DNA of 64,000 bases. Source: Hypanus sabinus (lineage: Eukaryota). The notes below the pieces were generated by a model. It was not told where the DNA came from and ran no database searches. It saw nothing but the letters and a program-made list of their open reading frames with translations. A program made the translations under genes and the position numbers. Every line of letters starts with the position of its first letter. Position 1 is the stretch's first letter. The DNA lies in contig NC_082715.1 in NCBI RefSeq assembly GCF_030144855.1, forward strand, positions 144,770,001-144,834,000. Reading direction: 5' to 3'. Shown here piece after piece: positions 51,820 to 64,000 of this stretch.

Positions 51820-52200
51820 CACAGCCATTAAATAGCAGAATATTTTACCAGGTATAGCAAGATAATGATGAAGAGTTTGAATGCTTGCTTCTTCACACTG
51901 ACTTGCATTGGCTGTCAAAAGGCTGCTGCTCAAAACATTACTTTAATCTTTTCGACACTGCAGTTGAGATTTTGTTCAAAATTGACAAAAGCTTGGGAAA
52001 CACGATTGAACTTTTACATGGAGATGTGGCATACCTAGCTGATCTATATGACAAAATGAACATTCTAAACATGGAAATGCAGGGTGAGAATTTCAAATTA
52101 ATCCAGGCAAAAAGTGCAATGTCCATTTTTATTGGCAAATTGGAAATATATAAGCAAAACATTGGAACAAGAATGTTCCTGCACAGTTTCCCTGCATGGG
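51820..52200 (+). mobile_element. hAT (Buster/ZBED5-like) transposase fragment
   Basis: LLLHTDLHWLSKG..VAYLADLYDKMNILNMEMQG..KLEIYKQNI resembles hAT RWLS.G / LAYL.D.F..LN. Confidence 0.75.
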
Positions 52201-52479
52201 AAGTATGGAACTCTCATTCACACTTTTCTCATGTGAGCATATGGTGGACATGGTTTTACTCTATAGGGGTGCCGTAGAGTATATTGTGTCTAAGAGGAGC
52301 ATTAGCAAGTATGAAGGTGCTTTAGGGGGGTGTTGGCAAGTATGAAAGAGCCTTAGAAGGGCGCTGAGCTACAAAAATGTTGGAAAAGACTGAATTAACC
52401 AATTTAGGTGCTCTAGAAATCTCAGAGTCCAACACTGTCTGACTCTCTGCACAGGCCCAAAGTATTCATTACGCTGAAG

Positions 52480-53095
52480 AGTGTTGATCATCAGAGGGAT
52501 CTTGATGTCCAAGTTCATAATTGCCTGAAAGTAGCTATACAGTTTGATTGTGTAGTTAAGAAGGTATTTGGCATGAATGCCTTTATTATTAGAGGTATTT
52601 AGTTCAAAAGTCAGGAAGTTATTTTGTAGTTTTATTAACGCTGGTTAGACCACATCGTGAATATTGCAAACACTTCTGTTGCCCCATTAAAGGAAGAATG
52701 TCATTGCTTGAAGAAGGTGCAGATGAGGTTTATGAAATTATAAGGGGCATAGGTAGAGTAAACAGGCAGTTTCTTATTCCAGGGTTGAAAAGCCTAACAC
52801 TAGACAGCATGCATTTAAGGTGAGAGAGGGTAAGATCAAAAGACTAATGAGGAACAAATAATTTACACAGAGAGTGGTGAGTTTTGGAAATGCGCTGCCT
52901 GGGGTGGTGGTACAGACAAATACATTTGGGACTTTTAAGAGCCTTTTAGATGGGTACATGACTGTGAAGGGAATGGTAAGTTGTGGACATTGCCTAGGCA
53001 GAAGGGGCTTGTTTAGTTGGCCATTTAATATAATTCATTTGGCACAATATTTTGGGCTGAAGACCCTGTTCCTGTTCTGTACTGTTCTATGTTTA
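52480..53095 (+). mobile_element. CR1 3' fragment
   Basis: FTQRVVSFGNALPGVVV..TFKSLLDGYM plus CR1 3' UTR. Confidence 0.75.
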
Positions 53096-53242
53096 GAGTG
53101 AACAAGGAGGTGAAGGAAATTAGATTTAGTTAAAAATGGAGAATATAGTGGCTACACTGGATGTCAACTTTCAAAGCTCCACAGGCAGTACAGAGAATTA
53201 TTAAGTGGTAAAACCTTATTAGTAAACAATATGACAATAGAC

Positions 53243-53483
53243 AGTAGACAATAGGTGCAGAAGTAGACCATTCGGCCCCTCGAGTCTGCACCGCCATTCT
53301 GAGATCATGGCTGATCATTCACTATCAATACCCAGTCCCTGCCTTGTCCCCATATCTCTTGATTCCCCTATCCATAAGATACCTATCTAGCTCTTTCTTG
53401 AAAGCATCCAGAGAATTGGCCTCCACTACCTTCAGAGGCAGTGCATTCCACACCTCCACAACTCTCTGGGAGAAGAAGTTTTT
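53243..53483 (-). mobile_element. Young CR1 3' tail
   Basis: Nearly identical to 5090-5233 and extends further. Confidence 0.75.
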
Positions 53484-54099
53484 TCCTTAACTCTGTGAGA
53501 GTGTAGATCGAGTATCAGTATCTGGAAAGGAAGGAGTCAGGAAGTAACGGCAGAGACGTGAGTAAGTGTAAAATATCGACAGGGGTGAGAACAGCAACAG
53601 TTTCAGGCGACGCTGCAAGCTGGAAATGCCGGGATCATTTCTGTATCATACTTTCGGTGTGAGGAAATAAAGCTAACGTTGATGATAAGTTTATAAGTGT
53701 AGGTTTACGCGTGTCTGGTGATTGCGCAGAGCATGGCAGTGGAACGCTGCCAATGTTGATTCCCCGTTTGTAAACTTGGTCAGCGGAATCAGAACTAAGG
53801 ACTCACTCACAGTTCTGACTGTTTCTCATAGTCAGACTTATTGCCGCCCGTCCCGACCCCTGACCATTTTCAATCTCACATTTCAGCGTCTGGATTTTCG
53901 GTTGATTTTCACTCCCTGTCGGCAGTGGGACTCTGGACTCAGGAATTTATTTATATTCTTGATCGACCGGGCGTATTTAATCCAAAGTACATATTCGAGA
54001 GCAATCATTAAAGTTCAGATACAGATTCAGTCTCGATAATCCCGTGCAGACAGCGGTCACCGGATATTGCAGACAGAAAAATACCTGTGATAATTAGCT

Positions 54100-56370
54100 T
54101 ATCGCTAAACGGTCATAGCAAGTCTTGTATGTTACCTGGGCTAAGCTAATTATTTATTTTCTTTATAAACAAGGCGCAAGGATTAGCGACATTTCCTTCA
54201 AACCCCCGAGAAATGGGTTCAATCCTGCCAGCTGATGCCGATTCTGAGGAGTTTGCGAGAGGTTCCTGTGGGTCCTCCACTTTCTTCCCACATACCAAAG
54301 ACGTGCGGCTTGTGATCTTTATATCCACGACTTTTACTTTTCCCCAAAGTAATGGCGGGGGGAGACGGGAAGGTGGAAAGGTAACAGGAATGCGAGGACA
54401 ATAAAAATGGGATTCTTACAGGATTAGTGGAAATAGGTAGCTGCTGAGACAGGAACATTTCCCGTTAAACTACTCACGTAACACACACAAAATGCTGGTG
54501 GAACGCAGCAGGTCAGGCATGCTTGAATTTCCAGTATCTGCAGATTTCCTCGTGTTTGCGCCACTAAACTCTTACCCTTCCATAATACTCTTCCTGCGTT
54601 CTACGTCTGTTCTGCAGGGAATAAAACATTTTTTCTGCTTATAAAGCCTTTAGCTGCTGGGATATCGCTGGCGTTGTGTAGATACAACTCAAAGTTATTC
54701 TTCCATTCGATTCTTCCTTAATTATCCACCAGTTGAATTCTATCTGAGATCATTAGTGTCTGTCCCAGATTTGCAGTATCTACTGAAAAGGCACGAATTG
54801 AAGCTATTTGAAATGAACCTCAGCAGAAATTTATTTTCCGCCTGTCTAGCTTCACTCTTAACGAAAACTATAATTAAACAAACCGCGTTTTCTTTTGCGA
54901 ACTATTTTACTCTTCTGGGTAAAATTAACTCGACAGCAGGATGTTTATCCTTTCATTATTCCGGGCATTATTCGGCTATGAATGCAAGAGGCACGCTTAA
55001 GAAAATCATGGGAAATTTACTTTTCCTCTTTATATTTCAAGATGTGGCATTTGTGCTCCTTTCCTATCGTATGTTTTAGGATCTCTAGATTATCTTCTCT
55101 CACTTTTCACTCTCATTCCGAGCATCCTCTCATGTCATTAACGTCCTTATTTACGGTCACTAGAACCATTCCCCAAAGTGTCATCTCCCGTCTTCAGATC
55201 TACCAATCCTTCCTCCAAATCCATATCCAACTTTACCGACCCGTTTCCAAATCTTCCCTTCCATTGCCAGCTGTTGTCATCCTTCCCCTGAATCCCCAGC
55301 CATCCTCCAACTTTCCAACCTGACCCCAAACCTCTCCTACTCAGCGACAGATTGTCCGCTGTCGCCCTTAGGTGCCCCAAGCACCCCACAGTTCCTCGTC
55401 TAGCCCCTAATCTTCCCACTTCCTCCCATTTAACAGCTTCTCCCACTTTATTTCCCAATTAGCTTTTAGAAACATCGTATCTCGGAAGTTTGAGTTTCAA
55501 GTTTTAGCTCTGCATCGGCGAATTTATCAGGTAAATAAAACTGGATGTTAGAAATAACACCAAACATATAATCTCCCAGTGGCACAAATAGGAATTGATG
55601 TTTGCTACTACCGCCGGACGGTCAGAGAGTCAGCGATTAGCCAGCGATCCTACTGACCCGACTGTCTTCCGGTCGGCTGATGTGCAGAGCTCCTAGTCCA
55701 ATGTACGCATCAGGTTAGCAATTAAATCTGATCGCTCGTAAGGGCAAGACTGGAAAAGATGGAGTGCAATTTAGGGTTCAGGCAAAATGCTAAGCAGGCA
55801 GAGAATGTGCTTAAAATGATGAGAGATTAAGCAAGGAATGTATTTCAAAATTCTCTTTGCAATGTATCGGCAGAATAGTTGTTGCCTCATTTACGAAATC
55901 TGATGCTATCTTCTCAAAGGTTTGAATATAACAAGTCTAGTAAGGCTGGTGAAATTTCAACAGCTCTGCCATAATACGTCTACTTACTGTAGTTCTCACG
56001 TAAGGTGTTGCTTTGTTGGTCCAACATCAAACGGACGTTAGTCATAGCAAGACACAATAAAGACATAAAGGTCAGAATAGCTCGAGTATGTTTTACACCA
56101 TCCGCTGACTGCGAAAGTTCTCGCCCCGGAGTGCATTATGTTCTGGCTACCTGCGAGCATGCTTTTAAAGTGGTTAAGATGTGTGAAATTTGCAAATGTA
56201 AATGAAGGTCATCATAGTGCTGCATTTGCCAATCTGCTAACCACAGCTTTGCCTCAAATCTATTTAATTCTGCCGTTATCCATTTGCTACTTCGAGCCCT
56301 TTGCCAAAACAGTGGCAGCCGAATCATTAATTCAGTTGAGTGTTTGGTAATTTTCACATCTTTCATTATA
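54100..56370 (-). repeat. Third, inverted and more diverged copy of the duplication's 3' flank (15300-17340 / 31830-33900)
   Basis: The reverse complement aligns by eye with many indels, e.g. GCGAGAACTTTCGCAGTC and AAAGCAACACCTT..GTGAGAACTACA. Confidence 0.85.
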
Positions 56371-58384
56371 TTTTATTAAGCACGACCGTAATTCTGGAGT
56401 CTAAAATCCTAACACATCTTCTGCCACATCTAGATTCCTAAACCGCCATGAATACCAATGTAAGACTGGCCTGCGTGTGTAGGCACTGCCATTAAATATA
56501 ACGCTGGAAGCTGACTTGGGTTGTTAAGATAGTAGGAAAGGATTTGGGTGGGGGTATACAACGGCTATGTTTTCTCACACTTCTCCCACAAAATAAACTT
56601 TCAGCTGCGAGAAAGAGTTACATAATTGCACAGCTTATAACTTGGCTTTATCTTATGCCTGGTTAAATTTGACGCCGATACCTTCTCTGCCGTATTGAAG
56701 TACAGAAGTATTTTAACGCGCCATATCATCCAACCCATATTCCGGCAGTTTATTGCTCCCTGAAAGAAAGTTGGTAGATTGGCAACTTCTTTTCAGTCAC
56801 TGAGCCACAGATCTCCAGCGAGAGTCTTGGGAATGGACGGAGGTCTCTTACGCCCCTGGGCCCAGGAGTTTGGGACTATTTTATTGTTAGTATTTGCAAG
56901 ACCCCTGTGATTTTTCAAAGAAACGCAAAATCTATGTTCTTCATTAAACCTAGCTAAAAGCACTTGCATATACACTATATTCACCTGATTATTAAGATGA
57001 CAAAAAAAACACTATTGTGAAACGTTGAAGAACATCCTTCTATTTTTAGTTACAGTGGAGAAAGACGAGAAGGTTTCACAAATTAAAATAGTTAGCGGGG
57101 AAGTCTTGTGGAAAGTCCGCATCACAGTAGAAGAGGTACTGGGGTCTTAAAATGAATGAAATAATTAAACCTTTGGCGTGCTGATCAGGCACCTGTATAT
57201 CCAAAAATATTGTGGAAGCTAGAGAAGAAATCGAGAGAACCATGGCTGAGGTATGTTCATCGTCGTTAGTGACGGTGAAGCACTGGAAGACTGGAGGGTG
57301 GCTAATTTTGTACCTTTATTTAACAAAGGCTACAGAACAAAACTGTAGATTACACCAATTTCATAGCACAGTAAACTTGCACCAGTGATAGTGAAGTTAC
57401 AGGAGGAAATTCTAAGAGATAAGTTATATGTACGTGCTTTTGGAAAGGCAGCATGGCTTTGTTCATGGGAAATCATGTTTCACGAAATGAATTGAGTTTT
57501 ATTGATGAAGTAACCATGAATGTCGGTGAGCGCAGAAGGGTAGATATAGATTATCTCTGTCATAAGCCCTGCCGGTCTGTGCACCTGTTTTCATTAATTG
57601 TTGCCTTGTCTGGAGTCATGAAATTTATCACATTTATTTTGACAGACATGGGTTTTTCACGTACTGTGATTATTTAAGGCGGACTCACAATTAGCTCTTA
57701 CTGTGGGTCCTTGTGTGTTGAGAATGATTCGTCTTGTAGTGATCCTTGGTCAAACCACCGATTTCTGATTGAATTAGCATGAATAAGCTCTTTTTTCTGT
57801 CTCTATATGGGAGTCTCCACACCTGGGTTCAGTCATCTGACCGTGATACTGTGACAATAGGACCCCGCCATAAATGGACCAATCAGACAGCAGCTTGGAC
57901 ACTGGTCGGCCGATGGCAAGGGTGCCTTCTCTTCTCGGTGTTCGTTCCAAGGCCACATGTCGAGTTTCCCAAGGCCACCTTCCATGTTTCTAAACTACAT
58001 GTTCCAAGTCAACATTCAGAGCATCTGTCATTTATGTTCAAGGTCTTCAAGATTTCCCGGGCCTCCCATGGCCTTCCAGAATTCCAATGACTGCAACATG
58101 TTTCGGAGAACTATTCGAAGATCCAGAGATCGGTTCCATGCCCACAAAAGATTCGCAACGATGTTACAGGGACTTCATGCTTGGGATAGGAGAAACCGGA
58201 TAGGCCACGGCTGTTTTCCCTGGAGCAGGAGGTAGATGTATTACTTTACAGAGGTATACACTGTATAATCATAGTGGTTTAGTTAAAGTGAAGGGTCGCA
58301 GTCATTTCCTCGAGGTAGGAGAGTCTAAAACTGATGGAGTAGTCGTAGATCAGAGGACAAAGAGTGGCAAGTTATTCACATAGT

Positions 58385-59085
58385 AGGTGGTGAGGTTTTG
58401 GGATGTAAAAAAAAGCTGGGTGAACACAGCAGGTCGGGCAGCATCCGTTAAAAGAAGCAGTCAACGTTTCGGGTCGAGACCATTCGTCTGGACTAAAGAA
58501 AGAGGTGGCAGGCGCCCTATAAAGATGGGGGGAGGGTGGAAAACCCATCAGAGGAAAGATCAAGGGGTGAGGGAGGGGAAGCAGGGAGGGGATAGGCAGG
58601 AGAGGTGAAGAAGGAATCTAAGGGGAAAGCACTATGGGTAGTAGAAGAAGGCAGAGTCATGAGACGTGATAGGCAGCTAAAAGAGGAGGCAGAGTGAAGG
58701 TGGGATAGGGGAAGGGAGAGGGAGGAAATTACTGGACGTTGGAGAATTCGATGTTCATACCAAGGGGCTGGAGACTACCCAGACGGTATTTGAGATGTTG
58801 TTCATCCATCCAAAGTTTGGCCTCATCATGGTAGTAGAGGAGGCCATGTAAGGACATATCCGAATGGGAATGTGAAGGAGAGTTGAAGTGAGTGGCAACC
58901 GGGAGATCCTGTCTTTTGTGGCAGACGGAGCATAGGTGCTCAATGAAGCGGTCCCGCAATCTGTATTGGGTCTCACTGATGTAGAGGAGGCCGCACCGGG
59001 AGCACCAGATGCAATAGATTACCCCAACAGACTCACAAGTGAAGTATTGCCTCACCTGGAAGGACTGTTTGGGGCCCTGAAAGGT
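58385..59085 (-). mobile_element. Penelope GIY-YIG plus tail, left arm of an inverted pair
   Basis: ORF 58729-59055 FTCESVGVIYCIWCSRCGLLYISET..GMNIEFSN. Confidence 0.9.
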
Positions 59086-59099
59086 GGCAGAAGTTGTGA

Positions 59100-60305
59100 A
59101 GGTTAATATGCTGTGGGTTTATAGAAGAACTACCTTGATTATAACCCACTGACTCCCATAACTACCTTGATTATGCCTCTTCCCACCCTGCCAAATGCAA
59201 AAATTCTATTCCCTATTCCCAGTTCCTTCATCTCTGCTGGATCTGCTCCAAGGATGATTCTTTCCGTTCCAGGACATCTCAAATGTCCTCTTTCTTTAAG
59301 AATCGATGTTTCCCTTCTGCAGTCTTCAATAATGCCCTCATCCACATCTCCTCCATTTCCCACACTTCAGCCCTCACCCTATCCTCCCGCCACCACAACA
59401 GGGACCGTGTCCCCCTTGTCCTCACCTATCACTCCACCAGCCTCCGGATCCCGTATATTATCCTCAGCAACTGCTGCCACCTTCAACAGGACCCCACCAC
59501 TAAGGGTATCTTTTCCGCTCTACCCCTCTCTGCTTTTCACAGGGATAATTCCCTCCGCGACTGCCTGGTCCACAAGTCCCCCTCCCACAGATCTCCCACC
59601 TGGTACTTATCGCTGTAAGTGTAAGTGCTACACCTGTCCCTACACCTCATCTCTTACCACCATTCAGGGCCTCAAACAGTCCTTCCAGGTGAGACAGCAC
59701 TTCACTTGTGAGTCTGTTGGGGTCATCTATTGCATCCGGTGTTCCCGGTGCGGCCTCCTCTACATTGGCGAGACGCAACACAGATTGGGGACCGCTTCGT
59801 CAAGCACCTACACTCTGCCTGCCACAACAGACAGGATCTCCCGGTTGCCACTCACTTCAACTCTCCTTCACATTCCCAATCGGATATGTCCATACCTGGC
59901 CTCCTTTACCGCCATGATGAGGCCAAACTTCGGTTGGAGGAACAACATCTCATATACCGTCTGGGTAGTCTCCGGTAATTCCCTCCCTCTCCTTTCCACC
60001 ATCCCACCTTCACTCTGTCTCCTCTTCTAGCTGCCTATCACGTCTCATGACTCTGCCTTCTTCCCATAGCACCCATAGTGTTTTCCCCTTAGATTCCTTC
60101 TTCACTTCTCCTGCCCATCTCTTCCCTGCTTCCCATCCCCCACCCCTTGATCTTTCCTCTGATTGATTTTCCACCCTCCCTCCCTCCTTCTTTAGTCCTG
60201 ACGAAGGGTCTTGGCCCAAAACGTTGACTGCTTCTTTCAACAATTGCTGCCCGACCTGCTGTGTTCATCCAGCTTTTTCATATGTCTGATATGACCACAA
60301 CATCT
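59100..60305 (+). mobile_element. Penelope RT C-terminus / GIY-YIG plus tail, right arm
   Basis: YTCPYTSSLTTIQG..VIYCIRCSRCGLLYIGET; tail with a mutated hammerhead at ~60192-60230. Confidence 0.9.
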
Positions 60306-60691
60306 GCAAAACCTTGAGGTTTTGGAATGGCCTGCCAAAGGAAGCTCCAGAGGCAGGCGCATAAAGAACGTTTAACAACATTTAGACGACTACACAGCTA
60401 GGAAATATTTGGAAGGAGATGTGTCAAACGCAAGCTAATTGAATTAGCTTTAAAAGGTATGAGTTGTGGCAAATGGCCTGTTTCTGCACTGTATAACTTT
60501 TTGAATCTATGACTCTAATACCGCAATGCAGACATACAAATGCCCTCGACAGGGAAAAGACAATTTTGAAAATCCTGTCGACATAAACTATTTTAGGGAT
60601 GGTTAAATACCCCACTAGTTAACGTACAATTTTTAAATGCAGTCAATGATCCTAGATCATTCCTAACTTGTTGCCTCTTATTGTTACGTTT

Positions 60692-60942
60692 GGTCGGCTG
60701 GTGGCGCAGTGACATCAGCGCCGGACTCCTGAACGAAGGTTCACGAATTCGAATCCAGTCGGACCGTTTACCATCCGTGTCGGGTTGAGTGTTGAGCTCG
60801 CAACTCGACCTCGTAAAATAATGAAAAATACTGCAAAATGTCCTGTGTGAGGAGTGACGCGCCGCACAATCTTGCATTCTGCGCCTTGTAAGGCATGAAA
60901 ATGCCCGACGCTGGCCTCTTAGGCCTGAGTCGACGTCATCAT
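60692..60942 (+). mobile_element. tRNA-derived SINE
   Basis: A-box TGGCGCAGTGA (60702), B-box ATTCGAATCC (60747), non-tRNA body, CATCAT-type tail. Confidence 0.7.
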
Positions 60943-61607
60943 GTTACGCACATTCTAACGAGTGCTAACGACTGTCACACAGAACCATGTGCCGCTTAAC
61001 GTATCTAAACGATAAACAGCAATAAACGACTAAACATTTCCGAATTGAAGAACAGTTCCTCCTCAAAGGTTCAAAGTATATTTATTAGCTAAATATGTAT
61101 GCAGAATGCAGTCTGAGATTCATGCTTCCGCAGGTGCCACGGAACAAATAAACACCATGGAATCCATTCTAATTAAATGCAAACAACCAATGTGTGGAGG
61201 AAAGAAAAACAAATTGACCAACACCTAGAATATCAAGCATCAAACCAGGAGCATTCAGTAGAGTTCAGTTCAGCACCGCCCAAACTAGATGACTGCAAGC
61301 CGCAGGGCCCATCCTCACTGCAATGCCCCAGTGTTCAGCGAAGTACCCCGATCAAACTGCTCAAAAACTGCTAACCAAAGATTTAGGAGAATCCAGAAAC
61401 ACATGCAAAATTACTCTCAAAGTCTCGCAAAACGAGTCCACAGCCAGGAGACTCGCTGTTCAATCCTTGCACCGTGCAACGCAAGACTCCCGCACTTTCT
61501 CCCGACAGCAGCTAGCGAAGTGGAGATGAAGACCAGTCAAACGCAAGCATACTGTGCCGAGCACCCGCCCACATTCCGCGCCTGACTTGCCAACTGCAAC
61601 CTTACTC

Positions 61608-64000
61608 TGCTACACGGGGTCGACGGAGGAGAACCCAAGTTCAGGTCACTGGCACGTTGTCGGAACAGGGAACGAAGTATCACACGAGAATTGACCAACG
61701 AACTGGCAACCTTTGATAGAGTCGTCCTCGTATTTATTTCCTAGTCTCCGATGAAAGCCAGGTTTACGATTATTGAGTAACTAGCAGCAATTGGGGCATG
61801 ATCAGGAAGTATTAAAGGGGAACGGGCAACCGGAACCATGACAGTACCACCCCCGCCATCCATGGGAGCCTCCCGGCGTTCCTCCGGGCCTGTCTGGATG
61901 GTCCCGATGGATGAGGGAAGGGTCTAGGATAAAGGAGCGGGATACCCAGGAACGTTCTTCAAGACCGTACCCCTCCCAGGCCACCAGGTATTGGAGGCCC
62001 TTGGCCCGACGGCGCACATCTAGCAGTCGTCGGACAGTGTATGCCGGATGGTTGTCGATGAGCCGGGCAGGGGGAGGAGTCTCAGCTGGGGGACACAAAG
62101 GGAGACTGGTTTTAGCTGGGACACATGAAAGGTTTGGTGAATACGCATAGACTCGGGCAGCGTGAGGCAGACCGCTGTGGCGTTGATAATCCTTTCGACC
62201 TTGAATGGTCCCAGGAAGCGGGGGGGGGGGGCGACTTTCCAAGGTTCGCATTTGAGCGGGATGTCCTTGGCGGAAAGCCACACCATCTGCCCCGGTTGGT
62301 ACTCTGGTGCTGGAGTCCGGTGTTTCTTATTTCGTTTTGTCTATCTGAGTAGGGCTCTCCTCCCAAACCTTCAGGCGCCGATCAACATGGTCCCGCACCG
62401 ACGGTACCGCAATCTCCTCTTCCTGTGCGGGGAACAGCTGGGGTTGGTACCCAAGGGAGCACTCGAACGGGGACCTCCCAATGGCAGAGCTCACCAGGGA
62501 GTTGTGGGCGTACTCAACACACGGGAGATGGTCGCTCCAGGTTGACGGGTGGTTTGCCGTTACGCAGCGTAACGTCGCCTTCAGGTCTTGGTTGACCCGT
62601 TCCGTCTGCCCGTTCGTCTGGGGGTGGAGGCCGGAATACAGGCTGGCCGTTGCTCCTAGGGCTCGACAGAAAGCTCTCCATACCTGCGAGACGAACTGGG
62701 GATCCCGATCGGAGAGGATGTCCGCGGGGATTCCGTGGAGGCGGAGGACGTGGCGGACTATAAGATCTGCGGTTTCTTGAGGGGATGGGAGTTTAGGGAG
62801 GGCCACAAAATGCAACGCCTTGGAGAATCGGTCTACCCGGGTGAAGACAGTTGTGTTTCCGCGGGAATGGGGTAGACCGGTGACGAAGCTAAAGCGACGT
62901 GGGACCAGGGACGGCCAGGTACAGGTAGGGGACGGAGTAATCCCGCAGGTGGCCGATGGGAGGCTTTTCCACGGGCGCAGACGGAACATGCGGAAACATA
63001 GGAACGGGTGTCAGCGTCCATGGAGGGCCACCAGAAATGTCTCTTCAGGAGGGTCAGGGTCTGATCGTCTCCGGGATGGCAGGCGAAGCGAGAAGTGTGC
63101 CCCCACTGTAGGACCTGTGATCGAACAGTTTCGGGTACAAAGAGGCGATTGGGAAGTCCGGTGCCTGGGTTGGGTTGCATCCTTTGGGCCTTTGACTTTG
63201 GACTCGATCTCCCAGGTGAGGGCAGCTACTACACAAGATGTTGGAAGAATGGTCTCGGGGTTGGGAAGATCCTCCTCGGAAACGTGTTGGCGGGAGATGG
63301 CATCAGGCTTCCGGTTCATGGACCCCGGACGATAAGTGAGGGAGAACCTGAACCGGCCTAAAAATAATGCCTGGAGGAAATTCAGGCGTTTGGCGGTCTG
63401 GATATATTCAAGGTTCTTCTGGTCTGTCCAGACGATAAATGGTTGTTCCGCCCCCTCCAACCAATGCCTCCACTCTTCCAACGCCAGTTTGACCGCTAGC
63501 AGCTCCCGGTTCAGCGGGAGACAGTCGGCGAGAGAAGAAGGCACAGGGATGTAGTTTCTGATCCGGGCCCGAACGTTGGGACAGTGCCGCTCCCACCCCG
63601 GAGTCAGAGGCGTCAACCTCCACAATGAACTGACAGGAGGGGTCCGGTTGAATCAGAACGGGGGCAGGCGTGAAACGCCTCTTCAGTTCGGCGAATGCTG
63701 ATTCCGCCTCTGAGTTCCAGAGGAAAGGGGTGGCAGGTGAGGTAAGTCGGGTAAGGGGTGCCTCCACCTGACTGTAGTTTCTGATAAACCGGCGATAGAA
63801 GTTCGCAAACCCCAGGAACCGTTGGAGTTGCGTGCGGTCCGTGGGTTTGGGCCACTCCGCCACAGCCCGGATCTTCTCGGGATCAGCTCTCACCTGTCCC
63901 CCCTCGATGATATAACCTAGGAAGCTGGCTGAGGGGACGTGGAATTCGCATTTCTCTGCCTTTACGAATATTTTGTTCTCCCCCAGCCTCTGCAGGACTT
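61608..64000 (-). mobile_element. Chromoviral Gypsy LTR retrotransposon (RT end, RNase H, integrase, chromodomain, PPT, 3' LTR); frameshifted, runs off the window
   Basis: [15 protein letters not shown]; [14 protein letters not shown]; HPG..CSVC zinc finger; [16 protein letters not shown] rve core; [25 protein letters not shown] chromodomain. PPT next to TGTCATGG at 61843; LTR ~61608-61843. Confidence 0.93.

Noticed and set aside
56400-56990. Possible V-exon remnant (SQTP.., FGWG)
   Set aside because: Motifs fall on different strands and frames with wrong spacing.
60692-60765. tRNA gene
   Set aside because: A and B boxes are present, but there is no convincing cloverleaf and it continues into a SINE body and tail.
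1-64000. CRISPR arrays, operons or other prokaryotic/phage systems
   Set aside because: No repeat-spacer arrays and no gene-dense coding; the content is vertebrate retroelements and spliced exons.

Overview
Eukaryotic, repeat-dense genomic DNA, most likely from a cartilaginous fish (ray or shark). This is inferred from the CR1, Penelope, Rex1, R4/Dong, Gypsy and hAT repeat mix and the IgSF genes; there are no prokaryotic features. The core of the window is a tandem segmental duplication (unit A ~14.9-29.9 kb, unit B ~31.4-43.1 kb). Each unit carries a minus-strand, intron-containing gene for a type I membrane receptor with one germline-joined VJ-type Ig V domain (C..W..DSGTYYC..GNGSRLIV). I assembled a phase-consistent model for gene A by hand: leader / V / TM / short cytoplasmic exon / terminal exon with Tyr motifs. 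Gene B keeps leader, V and TM but lacks the 3.2 kb segment holding both cytoplasmic exons. About 4 kb (promoter to mid-V exon) appears identical between A and B, while the 3' end of the V exon differs by six substitutions, all non-synonymous. A third, decayed leader + VJ exon lies at ~49.5-49.8 kb. Mobile-element points of note: a 2.25 kb Gypsy-derived element with inverted LTRs and a 4-bp TSD, Penelope tails carrying minimal hammerhead ribozyme motifs, a head-to-head Penelope pair, a 1.3 kb minisatellite and a chromodomain Gypsy. All alignments and splice models were done by eye. Boundaries of old repeats are approximate.
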